From NCBI GenBank assembly GCA_900617105.1, contig UYFQ01000759.1, forward strand, positions 1-64,000: a DNA stretch of 64,000 bases, given 5' to 3'. This stretch comes from Hydrurus foetidus (lineage: Eukaryota). This document shows positions 51,298-63,600 of this stretch, one piece after another (position 1 is the stretch's first letter; every line of letters begins with the position of its first letter). The position numbers were made by a program, and so were the translations under genes. The notes under the pieces were generated by a model that was not told the DNA's origin, did not search any database, and was given only the letters and a program-made list of their open reading frames with translations.

Positions 51298-54200
51298 ATG
51301 TCTGTGGGCGCTGGGCAGGTCTTCATATTGATTTTAATAGGCGACAACCGCCACGATGAGTTTTCTGAAATCGCTAGCAGGCTATGCAGCCGCGAAGGAG
51401 AATCCAGTGCAAATCGAGCAGAAAAAAGTGGAAGTGGAGCGACCACTCTGCAGAAAACTAACGAAGATTTGGTAGGTCAAATTAATATGGCTCTTGAAGA
51501 CTAGTGATGTATTAGAATCACTCAGAATAAACCATCTTTCTTTTCGTTAAAAAGAGATCTGAACGAAGAATTCTACGTTTTCACTGTTTCACGAATGTTC
51601 ATGAGTTCAGAATAATAGTAGATGATCTAGTGACTGAGACTATTCCATTTGTGAATATGTCTCTTTCGAGAGATAATGCGCCCAAATTGCTTCGGCAAGA
51701 TAAGCACATTTTGTTGACATTTCGTCTGAATGCAGTTTACGAAAAGAGTGTTGAAATTCATTCAACCAAATATCAGGCATTATTGATCTCAGTGATGGCA
51801 TTCCATACAACCAATACTGTTAGGAAATCTGTTTACGTCTATTTGAATAATGGTGCCAGACGCACAGTTCACATCTGTGAGCTAATATGACCAGCCATTA
51901 TTTACTGCAATCTCTCTCCGATATCTGAACAACGTGGCGAACGATCAACTAACGCAACTCTGTACTACCCTTAATAATATTCACTCACTTTAGGGAGGAG
52001 ACGAGTGGGGTAGCAGATCAACGAAATAATTCAGCAGAAAGAAAATGTGATCTTACAGTAGAGTCCATTGAAACAAATAATGCTGCAATAGGTTTAAGTC
52101 AAACTGGGAAAGAAAATAAGGAAACGCCATATCTAGCGATTCTTCTTGTGATAATCGATGAATTGCCTCATGAAATTATATGGCGTTTGTGGAGCGAGCA
52201 TTACGATGCAGAAAAGGACAGATTCCAACGACAGCAGCAACAGCAGCAGCAGCAACCTACAGCAGAAGATGTACTGACTGATGACACTTCACGTTCTACC
52301 AGGAAAAGTGATGAAGAAATCACGGAAGATAATCAGATTACCCATAAATCAAATGCTGATGATACAGAGATAAAGGGTGATAGTCCTGACAAGTGCTCTG
52401 GCTCAGTAGATGTCAGCAAAACTGGTGATGAAAGTTTATCTCTCTTAAAGGAAACCAATGAAATCAAGGATACAGATAATAGTCAAATAGATTACAGTGC
52501 AGGGAATATCAGTGAAACAGACCAAAATCAGAGGCGCACTACATCAATACCTGAGAAATATGTACGTTCAACCCCTGTACGGTTTTTCATTCATGCAAAA
52601 TACCCAGATAGGGTGAGGAGCAAGTGGGCGAGGGAGAGATTGGTTTCGTTTAATGTAAGAGCGGGTTGGGGTACTGTCGAGCTAACGGAGATCATGATCA
52701 GACTGCTGGCAGAGGTGAGGCTTGTTTTTTGCCTCTCTGTCCTCTTGTTATTTTCGTTTGTCTTCATTTTCTCTCGCTATCTTCTTTCATTACGTCTTCT
52801 TCTCTCTTATTCCTCTTTCCTATCATCCACTTTCTTCTTCTCTTCTCTTCTCTCTCTATCTTCTCTTGATTCCTATCTTCCTCTCTCTTCTTCTCCTCTT
52901 TTCTCTTCCTATCTTCTAATCTCTCCTATTGATCTTAAACAGTGACTCGCTACCTACGCACTTCTGTTTCGCTTCAGAATCGTGCATTCCCATCCGATCT
53001 CTCAGAAGCACTATTGATCAGGTGTGTACGTGCTCGTACTTCCATTTTCGATATGTTAAGAATTTAATTTAGGATGGGTGGAGCGCAGAAGCGCATGTTT
53101 GACAGAGCTGTTTTACTAAATCATGCGGAATGCTTTGAATGATTCATAGTTGATGTAAAATTACAGCGCGGTGTGGTGTGATGTGATATCAATAGAAAAA
53201 GACAACCGAATTTACTCACTCTTGCAGGCTATATCTTTACGCTTGACATCACATCGCGTAAAATAACCCAATCACCTAATAGCACCCACTCAATCTATCA
53301 CTTTCTAATCGTCACTTCATGCACCCCCTTTCACTCCCTGTCTCTGTCTGTCTCTGTCTATTTCCTTAAAACAGGTAACAGCCGATAACACTAGTTGGCT
53401 TAACTATCAGAGCACAGCTAGTAACGGTTACGCCACTCAATATCAGGTCTGTATTAATCTTGCTGCACTATATCATGTCACAGTGTGTCATGTCTGTTTC
53501 TGTGTGTCATGTGATTTCATCTGTTGTGTCTTGTCAAACTACTTGAATGCTCTTTAGACACACCTCCTCCCTCTTCATCTCCCTCTTCCCTCTCCTCCAA
53601 ATCTTTCCCTCCATTTCCCCTCCCTCTTCACCTATCTCTTCCTCTCCTTCTTTCTCTCCTCCCTCATCTACTCCTTCCTGTAGTTTTCTGTTTACATCAA
53701 TACTCACTACACCGCTATTTTGAGAAGAAATAATGATAATTATGATCTGGGTACAAGTTCACTTTAAATTGGTCACTTTTCAGTTTTGAATATCCGAGAG
53801 ATAACGAATAGATTCGTATTCTAATTTAAGTGTCTTATAACTCATGACGTTTTTCCAACACGGCACATATATTCTGTAATCCAAAATCAGTTCGGAGCGC
53901 TCAGAGGATTAATACCAACACAATGCATATTGAAAGCTGATCAGTGGGTGTTGCTGTCACGTACACATGCTCAGGCAGTACTGACACTACCAACCCGTGT
54001 GGATGGTAGTATCTTGGATTTATTTAAGAATGTACGTATACTGAAGCATCGACCTGTACAACTGCACGCTGAACGTACACAAGATAATCGTACATTCCCA
54101 TAGCACGTCTGGCTTAGTGCTTTTAAAATACTTTGACTTAGATTCGCACGTACTCATCACACGTACTTATGATTATGCAAGTGTACAGATATACATATCA

Positions 54201-55750
54201 CAGCACGCAGTCACACCAGACGTGATTTTCTCACTCACATTTTATTTGCAGCTTAGCTTATCTTACCTTGACTTATCTCATCTCATCTCATCTTTTCTCA
54301 TCCTCCATCTATTTATTTGCATTAGGTGAAGGCATCAGACGAAATGTATTTCCCCTGCTGTCTCGCAGTGCTTAACTGCATAAGTCCCATATGTGCTGTC
54401 TCCTCTAGTGGTACCAAAGGAACTAAAACACCCCCCTCCCAGTCAACATTGTCAACGCTTCCTCCTCAAAACACTCCACTACAAGATACGGAAATCATCA
54501 AAGTCGACCACATAAATAGTACGAATGTCTCAGTCTCGTGCCGTAAGATGACGTACTGTGTGTGGGGTCAAGGTGATAAAAGTCCCCAGACTTTTTCTGC
54601 CCTTACCCCTGGGCTTTTAAAAGATGCACTGAAGGAAAAATGTTTATTTTTCCGGAAACTAGTGTTGCCTAAGGTGAAAGAGGGAGTGAAAGAGGGAGTG
54701 AAAGAGGGAGTGAAAGAGGGAGTAAAAGATGAAGTGACGATAGAGAATGAAGAAAGAAATGATAGTATAGAGAAGAGTGAAGTTGAAGAAGGAGTGGAGA
54801 AATTGATTGAAAATTGGCTTGTTCTTGTTCTCAATTTAGAAGATACTTCTGATAGCGTAAGCAATGACAATTTGAATGCTCGAAATGTGAATATAAGTAA
54901 GGGGGTGAATGGGAGTGGGAGTGAGGGTGAGGTGTTGAAATTATCACTGACATTGTTTATACAACGCTCAGCAGCTTTAATGACAGAAATTAAGGAATGT
55001 CGTGTAGACCGAAGGAAGTATAATGCTGATAAAAGGAAAGGTTTTGACCGTGATGGCCGTTCCGGCGGCCGTAATAGCCGTGACCGTGATGGCCGCGATA
55101 GCCGTAATAGCCGTGACCGTGATGGCCGCGATAGCCGTAATAGCCGTGGCCGTGACCGTGATGGCAGGGATAGCCGTAATAGCCGTGACCGTGATGGCCG
55201 CGATAGCCGTAATAGCCGCGACCGTGATAGCCGTAATAGCCGTGACCGTGATGGCCGTTCCGGCGGCCGTAATAGCCGTGACCGTGATGGCCGCGATAGC
55301 CGTAATAGCCGTGACCGTGATGGCCGCGATAGCCGTAATAGCCGTGACCGTGATGGCCGTCGCCGTGATGGCAGTGTTTGCCGTGATAGAAGTTGTGGTA
55401 CTGATAGAAAAAGGAGCAGGAGTGCAGTAGAGGAACATCGAAATGACTCTCGCAGAATGCAAGAGGACGACTCCCACTCCAACAGCCACCAAAACCAACA
55501 TCACGATGAACGTCATAGAAGTAACCACTACGATGATGACGATAACCGTGCTCGAAATAACCGTTACGATGATAATAATAGTAGTAATCGTGCTCAGAAT
55601 AACCGTTACAATTATGAAGATAACCGTTATCAAAATAACCGACACAATAATGATAGTAACGATAACCGCGGTCACTGTAACCGTAACAACAGTAAAGATA
55701 ATCATGACTCTTACAATCGCGATAGTATTAATATCGATGATATTAGCTAG
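51298..55750 (+). CDS. Core-2/I-branching (GT14/DUF266)-like glycosyltransferase, paralogue 2, with an RD/RS- and Asn-rich C-terminal tail; multi-exon, start uncertain
   Basis: LAILLVIIDELPHEIIWRLW, FFIHAKYP, AGWGTVEL, FCFASESCIPI, KADQWVLLSRTHA, ASDEMYFP, MTYCVW, CLFFRK. Confidence 0.8.
55046..55372 (+). repeat. Coding 33-bp minisatellite (RDRDGRDSRNS)n
   Basis: Unit CGTGACCGTGATGGCCGCGATAGCCGTAATAGC repeated about 9-10 times with variants. Confidence 0.92.
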
Positions 55751-57444
55751 TGTGGGTGAGTGTTGCTCATACAACTTACTGAACCTCTACATTGTCGAAG
55801 TCATAACTAAACAGGAGTATCACATTTTCGTACTAAAAAATGACCGTTAAGAACAAAATTTATCGCTCAATATTCGTCGAATATTCTTGGAGAAAATACT
55901 CAATACTACTGATTTTTTTTGACTTAAGCAATGCCATCTTACGGTAACATGCCAGAAATGCAGAGACGAGACATCTCCTATCGGAAACGCGAACAGTTTA
56001 TAGTGTAACACTCTGAATGACTCGATAGACATTGCACCGTACTTATGCCGCGAGGTAGACTATTCCAGAAACAAGACATACACTCCCTCTCATCTCCTGT
56101 GCATCATCCAAAGGACAGCACAGCATAGTGCATGGACTGTGGGTGAGCTTTTTATCCTAGGGCGTGGAACGAAGGGAGTGCAGTGGTGCCTACATTCATC
56201 CCCATTCTTATCTCAGTTCTTCCTCCCATCTTCCTTCATACCATCATAATCATTCCTACCTATCTTCTTTCTTCTGAAAACCTGCAGTGCTTTGTCGAAC
56301 TCACACTGGAATGTGGGTTCGGTTCTTGGAACCACTGCAGGTCAGCCGATGCGGGCACGCTGTAGGAGTAAGGGGGTATAAAATGACCCCATTGGTAGGA
56401 GGACTTGTGGTGCGCACCGTATGATGTACGGACGCTGAGTTTTGCCCCTTACTGACGGTGACATTCCTAACGTGTTCAGTGCACTGCACTGCAGTGTAAG
56501 ACACTCTCGTCTCCTGCGCCTGATGAAGATGATGATGTGAATGATGAGGGTGTAGGAGGGAGGGATGAGGGGGGGAGAGTTGGACTATTCCAGTGACAAA
56601 ACACACACTCCCGCTCATCCCTTCCTCCCAAAGGATACTGGAGTGGTGGATGAGATCATGGGGGAGCCAGTACAATTAGAAGACAAGGCGATTGGGGTTA
56701 GGGGACTGGTATGTGAATTGCATTGACCTCTGCAGGTCAGCCTCTTTACCCCCTACTCTTCTACACACTCATATCCCTCACACTCTCTCAACCCGACATA
56801 ACCCTCATCCCCTCTTGCCCTCATCTTCCCCACACTCACTCACCTTTTCTTCCCCTAGCCGTCCTCTCCCAACGTGAATAAGTTGTCGGATGTTACACGC
56901 TGTAGGAGGACTCGTGGTGTGCACCGTACGATGTAAATACACTTAAGCCTTATAAGGCGGAATTGCATTGGCCCAGAATTATTCCACTTCCCTGGCTAAG
57001 TATGCTGAGCTGCCTCTTGCTGACGGTGATATTCCTAGCGGATGGTGATTATCGGTAATGAAATATTTCTATTATATCTATTTTCTCACGTGTTTAGTGC
57101 ACTGCAGAGCAGTGCAAGACACTCTTATCTCCTGCGCCTCACCCACAGGACAGCACAACACCGCTCAATCCAATTCTTTCGGATTGAGTGTAGGACATGA
57201 TTATGAAATGAAATCTTTGATAAATCCTGAATTCTGATTATATTTATACTTTTGAAATACACACTTCGATGAAGCGGTTCCTATTCTATTTAATTCAACT
57301 AAAAAACATTCAAATATTTATTGACCAAAACTTATTGCCAAAAGAACCTCATAAGCTAGTGGATGCGATGTATGTACAATATAATGTAAGGTTGTTTACC
57401 CCCGTCAATAAGTTTCACTGGTGCTGCTTTTCAGAACAGTATAA

Positions 57445-57598
57445 TGAGCGAGAAATTGATGACATGTGTCTCGCAATCCCATTCATAGCGTTAATATTAA
57501 TCCGTCTATCCTGTTTTCAGTTACTATCACTGAATAGACGGATTAATGTTAACGCTATGAAGTGGATTGCGAGACGCATGTCATAAATTTTTCCCTCA
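57445..57598 (+). ncRNA. Candidate pre-miRNA-like hairpin (stem of about 65 bp)
   Basis: 57453-57509 pairs with 57534-57590 and extends to 57445/57598. Three positions are G:U wobbles on the + strand. The loop has a further TCAGT/ACTGA stem. The structure is clear; the function is inferred. Confidence 0.5.
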
Positions 57599-57939
57599 AG
57601 CTGTGCAGAGAAGAGTGAGTGCAGGCTTGTGTGGGGATAGGGATAGGGTTTGATAGACGTCCGGAAAAATCGGACGTTCTGTATTGATCCTTTGTGCGAC
57701 AGTACAACTGTCAGATGATGACGAAAGAATCGCAAATACAATCGCTGTCGCAGCCGCGCACCACTGCGATTGTATTTGCTATACTTTATCGACCACCTGT
57801 CTGTTGTAGACATTTTACTTGGAGCTTACAGGAGTAGAGTAGAGATGATTGGACGGTGTATGATACAGTTGAGAATGGCTTTGTGCAAGTGTTATGAGAC
57901 GTGCTATGCGCGTCTCTGTATAGGATAGACTAGATGATA

Positions 57940-59616
57940 TCAGATGCGATGGAATATAAAGTTTACTGAGGAGTCGGGAGAATTGACAAACGAGTTCATC
58001 ATGTCGGAAAGTACTTCATTTCGTTTCATGGATGACTGGTCACCGATTACTACGAGCGATAATTTCGCCCGAGTAATGGCCACATTCAGTAGCCATGGCT
58101 GAAAGTTGAATAGTTCTGTGCGCACACAGGAGAAGAAGCAGACATCGCACTGCAGCCCCTCGCACTGGTGTATAGTGCGGCACTCGACAGATAGGTTAAG
58201 GAGAGGATGTGCGCGTTCATATGCGCGCATCAATGCATTTATTCTGTTTGTTTGAGCCCTACTGGGGGACGCGATGCACACTTTAATAGGGAGTGTGCCG
58301 AATGTCGAGTCAAGGTCAGACTTGACCCCCCTTAAATAATGACCCGAAGCCGAAGAAAGAAGGGAATTGAAATTTACAACAGCCGTCACGACTGCTGCAG
58401 CCTCGTTTCGGTTGAAATAGGACCTCGCACTGTCGGAGTACTCCACCACACCAGATACGAAGTGGAAGGAGAGTGGAGGGACTAGGGAATGCCACATGCG
58501 GACCAATGGACTAGTCAGTACAGCATCTGCGTGAGAGACCAGACCATCGCAGAAGTGTTTCGTTGACCATTGTGACACAGCGGGATGCATTCGATACTGC
58601 CTGTGGAGCTGCACGGTGCTTACAGAATTTCTTCGACTGGTCCGCGTTATGTGTTCTAAGATTTTACTGTTGCGGCCCGCCAGTATCAAACACTTCGCAT
58701 GCGTGTCTGCAGCACGCCTAAGCCGTCTGTTGCAGTCATCGATAATGGAGATGTCAAAGATCTTCCCCCTGAGGGCCGGGTTTTCATGACGGCTTGCAGT
58801 AGATAGGACGATAGACGCCTCGTTGACAATTAGTTTACTGAGGTCGTCTGGATCAGGGAATGTCTTACAGATCTGAGAGAATGCGAGGCGTAGTTGTCTG
58901 ATGTTGCTGAGCGGCAGGAGGGTGTGTTCGTTCTGAGCGCTTTGTGAGTCAGGCCCCATACTGCTTTTCATTGCCGTTACAGCTGTGGACAACACTTCAC
59001 GCATGTCCTTCGAGAGAAGAGAAGAGGGCATATCGTTGTGTATGATGGTGCCGTATAAAATGCACTTCCCTAGAGTTTCTTCCAGATTGAAGGAATGGTT
59101 TCCGCTGAGGAGCGTCTCCAAATCTCTCAGATGTTTCATCCAATTTGGCAGTCCAACCATGAGCCGATGGGCACAGGAGTCAAGGTGAAGGGCTGCCATC
59201 TCCGGAGGCAGTTGTAGCAGTTTCTCAGAGCCGGTTATAATAACGTGGCCTTTTGGATAGTTGCGTGCGAGAATGATCATTCTTGCTGCCTCTACTGTTG
59301 CCAAATGTGTCTGAGAGACCATGTGCAACGAGATGGATTTGCTTGCCGGTGAGAGCTTGACGCTCATATCTGACACCGCGACTACGATCATGGACAGGGT
59401 GAACGTCTTTCCAGATCCGGGCGATCCATGAAGGGCTAGAACGTGGGAGCCCTCGTTCTCATTTCGGAGACTGCGCATAACGCTGTCTACGGCTCGTTGC
59501 TGATTGTCGTCGAGGCTGACAGCTTTGGGTCCAAAATTGTTATCTACGTGCCGGACATCGCTGGAGTAATTGTAATCTTCAGTCTCATTCTCTCTTGGAT
59601 TGTTACTCGGCGACAT
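57940..59616 (-). CDS. Intronless Upf1/Sen1-like superfamily-1 helicase with degenerate motifs (possible pseudo-helicase or retrocopy)
   Basis: LDDNQQRAV (Q motif), HGSPGSGKT (Walker A), QYRMHP, YFNRNEA, IASPSRAQ, SCVR, LNVAITRAK. Motif II reads IIDDC and motif III GDxxQL is absent. First in-frame ATG at 59616. Confidence 0.8.
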   Translation of the reverse strand: MSPSNNPRENETEDYNYSSDVRHVDNNFGPKAVSLDDNQQRAVDSVMRSLRNENEGSHVLALHGSPGSGKTFTLSMIVVAVSDMSVKLSPASKSISLHMVSQTHLATVEAARMIILARNYPKGHVIITGSEKLLQLPPEMAALHLDSCAHRLMVGLPNWMKHLRDLETLLSGNHSFNLEETLGKCILYGTIIHNDMPSSLLSKDMREVLSTAVTAMKSSMGPDSQSAQNEHTLLPLSNIRQLRLAFSQICKTFPDPDDLSKLIVNEASIVLSTASRHENPALRGKIFDISIIDDCNRRLRRAADTHAKCLILAGRNSKILEHITRTSRRNSVSTVQLHRQYRMHPAVSQWSTKHFCDGLVSHADAVLTSPLVRMWHSLVPPLSFHFVSGVVEYSDSARSYFNRNEAAAVVTAVVNFNSLLSSASGHYLRGVKSDLDSTFGTLPIKVCIASPSRAQTNRINALMRAYERAHPLLNLSVECRTIHQCEGLQCDVCFFSCVRTELFNFQPWLLNVAITRAKLSLVVIGDQSSMKRNEVLSDMMNSFVNSPDSSVNFIFHRI

Positions 59617-60611
59617 CAGCCCGTCCGCTTGAATGATGGTGATCAGCAGGGACTTCAATTTCCCTGTCACTGATTTGGTTGAGCTCAAACCTTTTCAAAG
59701 TCCTATCATAGTAAGCATTTCTGGTACCACCTTGTCCCTTGTCGACGCAGTGAGAATGCACATATAGATGGATGCACATGAGAGCTGAGGTTGAGTTGAT
59801 GTTGTGACGTGTGTATATATAGTGATGACGTAATGCTTTCGGCAGTAAGACCCTCCCCTCCGGTTTAGAGTTTCGACCGCCCCATCCGATACTTGACTGC
59901 CAACGGCCGATTACCGTACGTACAGATAATGGACTATACCCTTAAGTACGTGCATAAAATCAGGTTGCACCATTTTTTGTACAAATCAATTGATGCGAGC
60001 GTGAGGATTAGTTCGTCTGATTTTATTGGACATTTTCGGAATTTACTTTCTTAAAATGAACGACCGTCAGGTTACATTTCACCGCCACATGATAATGTGA
60101 TTCAGATCGATGGCTTTATCTTCGTCAATATTGCACGTCACAACTAATGACACCAAAAAAAGTTCATAAAAAACAGAATTATTTATATAATAATCCAATC
60201 GTATTTACATTATTATCATAAATGATCCAATTGATATAAGATGGACAAATTTATGTTGAGCACTTACGGACACAGTAGTTGCATGAGCTGATTGTCTTCA
60301 TTACAATACTCGCAATTAGAATAATTGCGTTATTCAAAATTCATAGAAAACATCCTTATTTATTTCATAAAATCGATGTACGTGTTGTAAAGCGTGATTT
60401 CAATCCAATGCACTTTCATGCATTAAAATACAGGCTGGCATATAACAGATTGCTGTGCTGTTTCATTTTGACCCCGACAATATAGAAGATATAATGGAAG
60501 CAGTAAGCAGTCTACATGGCTGGAGACACGAGGGAATGTCGATAGTAAATGCCTCTCACTCCTCTGAGTGTGTGGGGACAGATTCCCATCTGCTCAATTT
60601 TTGAGAATTCT

Positions 60612-63600
60612 TTACTGCATGAATTCGAGAGGGTCGGATTCGTCAACATGTCTGTTCGCAATATGCATAGACTGGTATACCGCAGCAGCAGCAGCAGCAG
60701 AAGAAGAGGAAGAAAAAGAAGAAGAAGAAGGGACTTTCTGGGCATAGGGAGAAGCTGATATATACGGATGTTGCTGTTGCTGTTGCTGCTGCTGTTGTTG
60801 GTTGTATGTGTTTCGAGCAAGTTGAGAATAAGGTAATGCTTGCTGCACAGACACATTGCCCACCGCGTTCCCGTGTGCTTGTCCTTGTATTTGAAATTGC
60901 GACTGTGACTCAGATTGGCCGAGTTGGCCGGATGCACCGTAAGAGTCGATGGAGTAGAAAGACAAGGGTCCCTGTTGATGCGGCGCTCTTTGAGCAGATG
61001 TGTGTGTGTGTGCTAGGGGCAATACTACCTGCCCCCCTACCGTGACCCCTCCGCCTCCTCCTCCCGCCCCCCCTCCTCCGCCACCGTGATCGTCAGTGTG
61101 TCTGACCTGCCTGACCTGTACTTTGCCTTTTTCTGCGTCAGTCAGGTTTTTTCTTATGGCGTATGCTTCTTCGCTCATTGGGTCTCGCCATAGAGGAGAC
61201 TCAGCCAGGGTGGGCACAACCGCATGTGGGAATAGGTGGAGCAGATCATGCACCTGAGAGTGAGTGAGTGGGCAGGAGTGGTTTGAATGAGTGTGAGGGT
61301 AGGAGTGTGAGTGTGAGTGTGTGTGGGCGATAAGGGGGGGGGGAAGGAGATGGGGTGTGAATGAGAGAGTGCAGGAGGGAGGGAGGGGGGGAAGAGGGGA
61401 AAAGGGGAGTGCATGTGTGTGAGTGAGTGAGAGGGGGGGAAAGTGTGTATGTGTGCGTGTCAGTGTAAGGAGGGAGGGAGGGGAATGTGCGTGAATATAA
61501 GAGTGCGTGCATGTAAAGGCTGGTCAGTGTGGGTAAGGGAGGAGGATGGGGGGAGGGTTAGGGGAGATTGGCCGCCTTAGTGTCACATCTCACTATCATA
61601 CGCTCCATCAAATGAAGTACACAGTATGCCAGATACCACCAGCCACACTTTTCAAATTACAATTCAAAAATAAAAAGGGAAATTTTAAGAATGACGTCAC
61701 CTCTAAGAATGCGTAGATGGTGGCGAGAATCGCTTCACCGCTAATGTTCACTCGTGACTCCCCCATGCCGTCTATGTTCGCCAATTCTGTTCGGGTTACC
61801 GGTGGTTTCCTTTTCATCAGGTTGATGGAGACCTGAGAGTAAAGAGGATCGGATAGGGAGAAGATGCATTAATATAGTCATGTCTAATATACGAAGATTG
61901 GCGACTGCGAAAAACAAATAATTTCTGTTGAAATAACATCAGCCAAACTTGATCAAATCAATTCAAACATGAGTAGAAGAATGAAAAATAAAAATAAAAA
62001 ATCAATCACCTCAGGAAGTTTGTTCCAGTATCCATCCCACTGCCTCCTAAAGGTGTCTATCCAAGCTAAGAAAGCTGCTTGCTTTTTATGCGATAAAAGG
62101 CAAGGAGATTCCAAATCTTTTTTCCTCTCCTCTTTTCTCCCTCCTACATCCTCTTCATCGGCGCTTGAGTTTCTCACTCTTTTTTTCCCCTTTCCATCCC
62201 CTCTTATTTTAATTCCCTTACTGCCTAAGGACAATCCCAAATCGTCACTACTGCTGTCTGTGTTAGGCTCGACCATAACTGCTTTTCTTCTTTTAGTGAC
62301 TGAAGATGGTAGACCGATTCCTCGTATTCTCGTGCTGCTTTCTTTTTTCCAGGGAGATAAATCATCAGCATCAACATCGATCGCTTCGATATCACTTTCT
62401 TCATCTACACTCTTACCATCGCTGTATATATCCATTTCAAAACTACTATTAGACAGTCTCTTTTTCTTTCCTCTATCTTTTTCTTTTTCCTTTTCTTTCT
62501 TTTTTTCTTTTTCCTTCACTTTCAATAATACAGCTCGTGATCCTGCTACGACATCCTTTCCTGTGCCTGTCTGCATGAGCGACTTTATTTTCTTTTTTCC
62601 ATCCGTACTTGTTGAATCGTACGTTACGCCTTTTATCCCGTAGACTGATGCAGCAGACGTGTGTTCTGAGTTATTATTTTCTTTAAAAGGAACTTTAAAA
62701 CCATTTTGCACAGAAGATTTATAAGTATTAGAATTAGAATTTAATTTATTCACTTTTTCGTCTGTTGAGTTTTGGGACTTATAACTGTCAATATCGGGGG
62801 GTGTTTTTGTATCAAATCCGGACAAAATTTTCGGAACTTTTCCTTTCTCTTTTGTTCCATTATTTTTCTTTAATTTTGATTTTTTTCCAAATTCAGTGCT
62901 TAACCATTCTTCTTCTTCCTCCTCTCCATTATCGACTGCACTTGTGTTCTTATTGTTTTTATCTTTTCCGATTTGACTTAAGTACAGCATTTCTACCGAT
63001 TCTATTTCTTTATTTTTCTTTTTAGATGCGGGCACGTTATTATCCAAAATATCATCACCCCATCCTTTTTGCCTAACACTCATCAAAAGTTTCTCTTTTC
63101 CCCTTTCGATAGAATTGACACGATCTGGTTCACCAGACTCTAAATAATCAGCGTTGAAGCCACTCGCATTTTCGATGGATACTTCGGTTATGAATCCTTC
63201 TAGCACCATGTGTTGCAATAATCTCTCACTCATATCGCGATTTAATGAGGAGGTAGGAGGAGAGGGCAGTGGGGTGATACTCGTGTTGCCACCATTATAG
63301 TAACTCTTGCCTTTCGATGCTGTGTAGTTAGCAACACAAGCTGCCCTGACAGTGCCAACAACCGACTCGTATTTAACTGTCTCTTTATCTCTACTGCCCG
63401 ATAGTATCTTACTCATTTTAGACAATGTCAGCCCTCCAGCTCGTCCATTTGATGTGCCTAAAATATGCAACACAACTCTGATAGCAAATAACGCATGTGC
63501 CGTATAATCGACATTCTCCACCTCTCCTCTTGCTACCCTTTGACAATTATCACAAGTATTTCGACAATTTGTTCTGGGAAAAGACTCACCGAAATATTTC

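Noticed and set aside
54568..55850. Long overlapping ORFs in other frames and on the minus strand (TAITAIAAI, SRSRLLRL, VIAVTVM)
   Set aside because: By-products of a stop-poor 33-bp repeat; only the frame continuous with the glycosyltransferase domain is supported.
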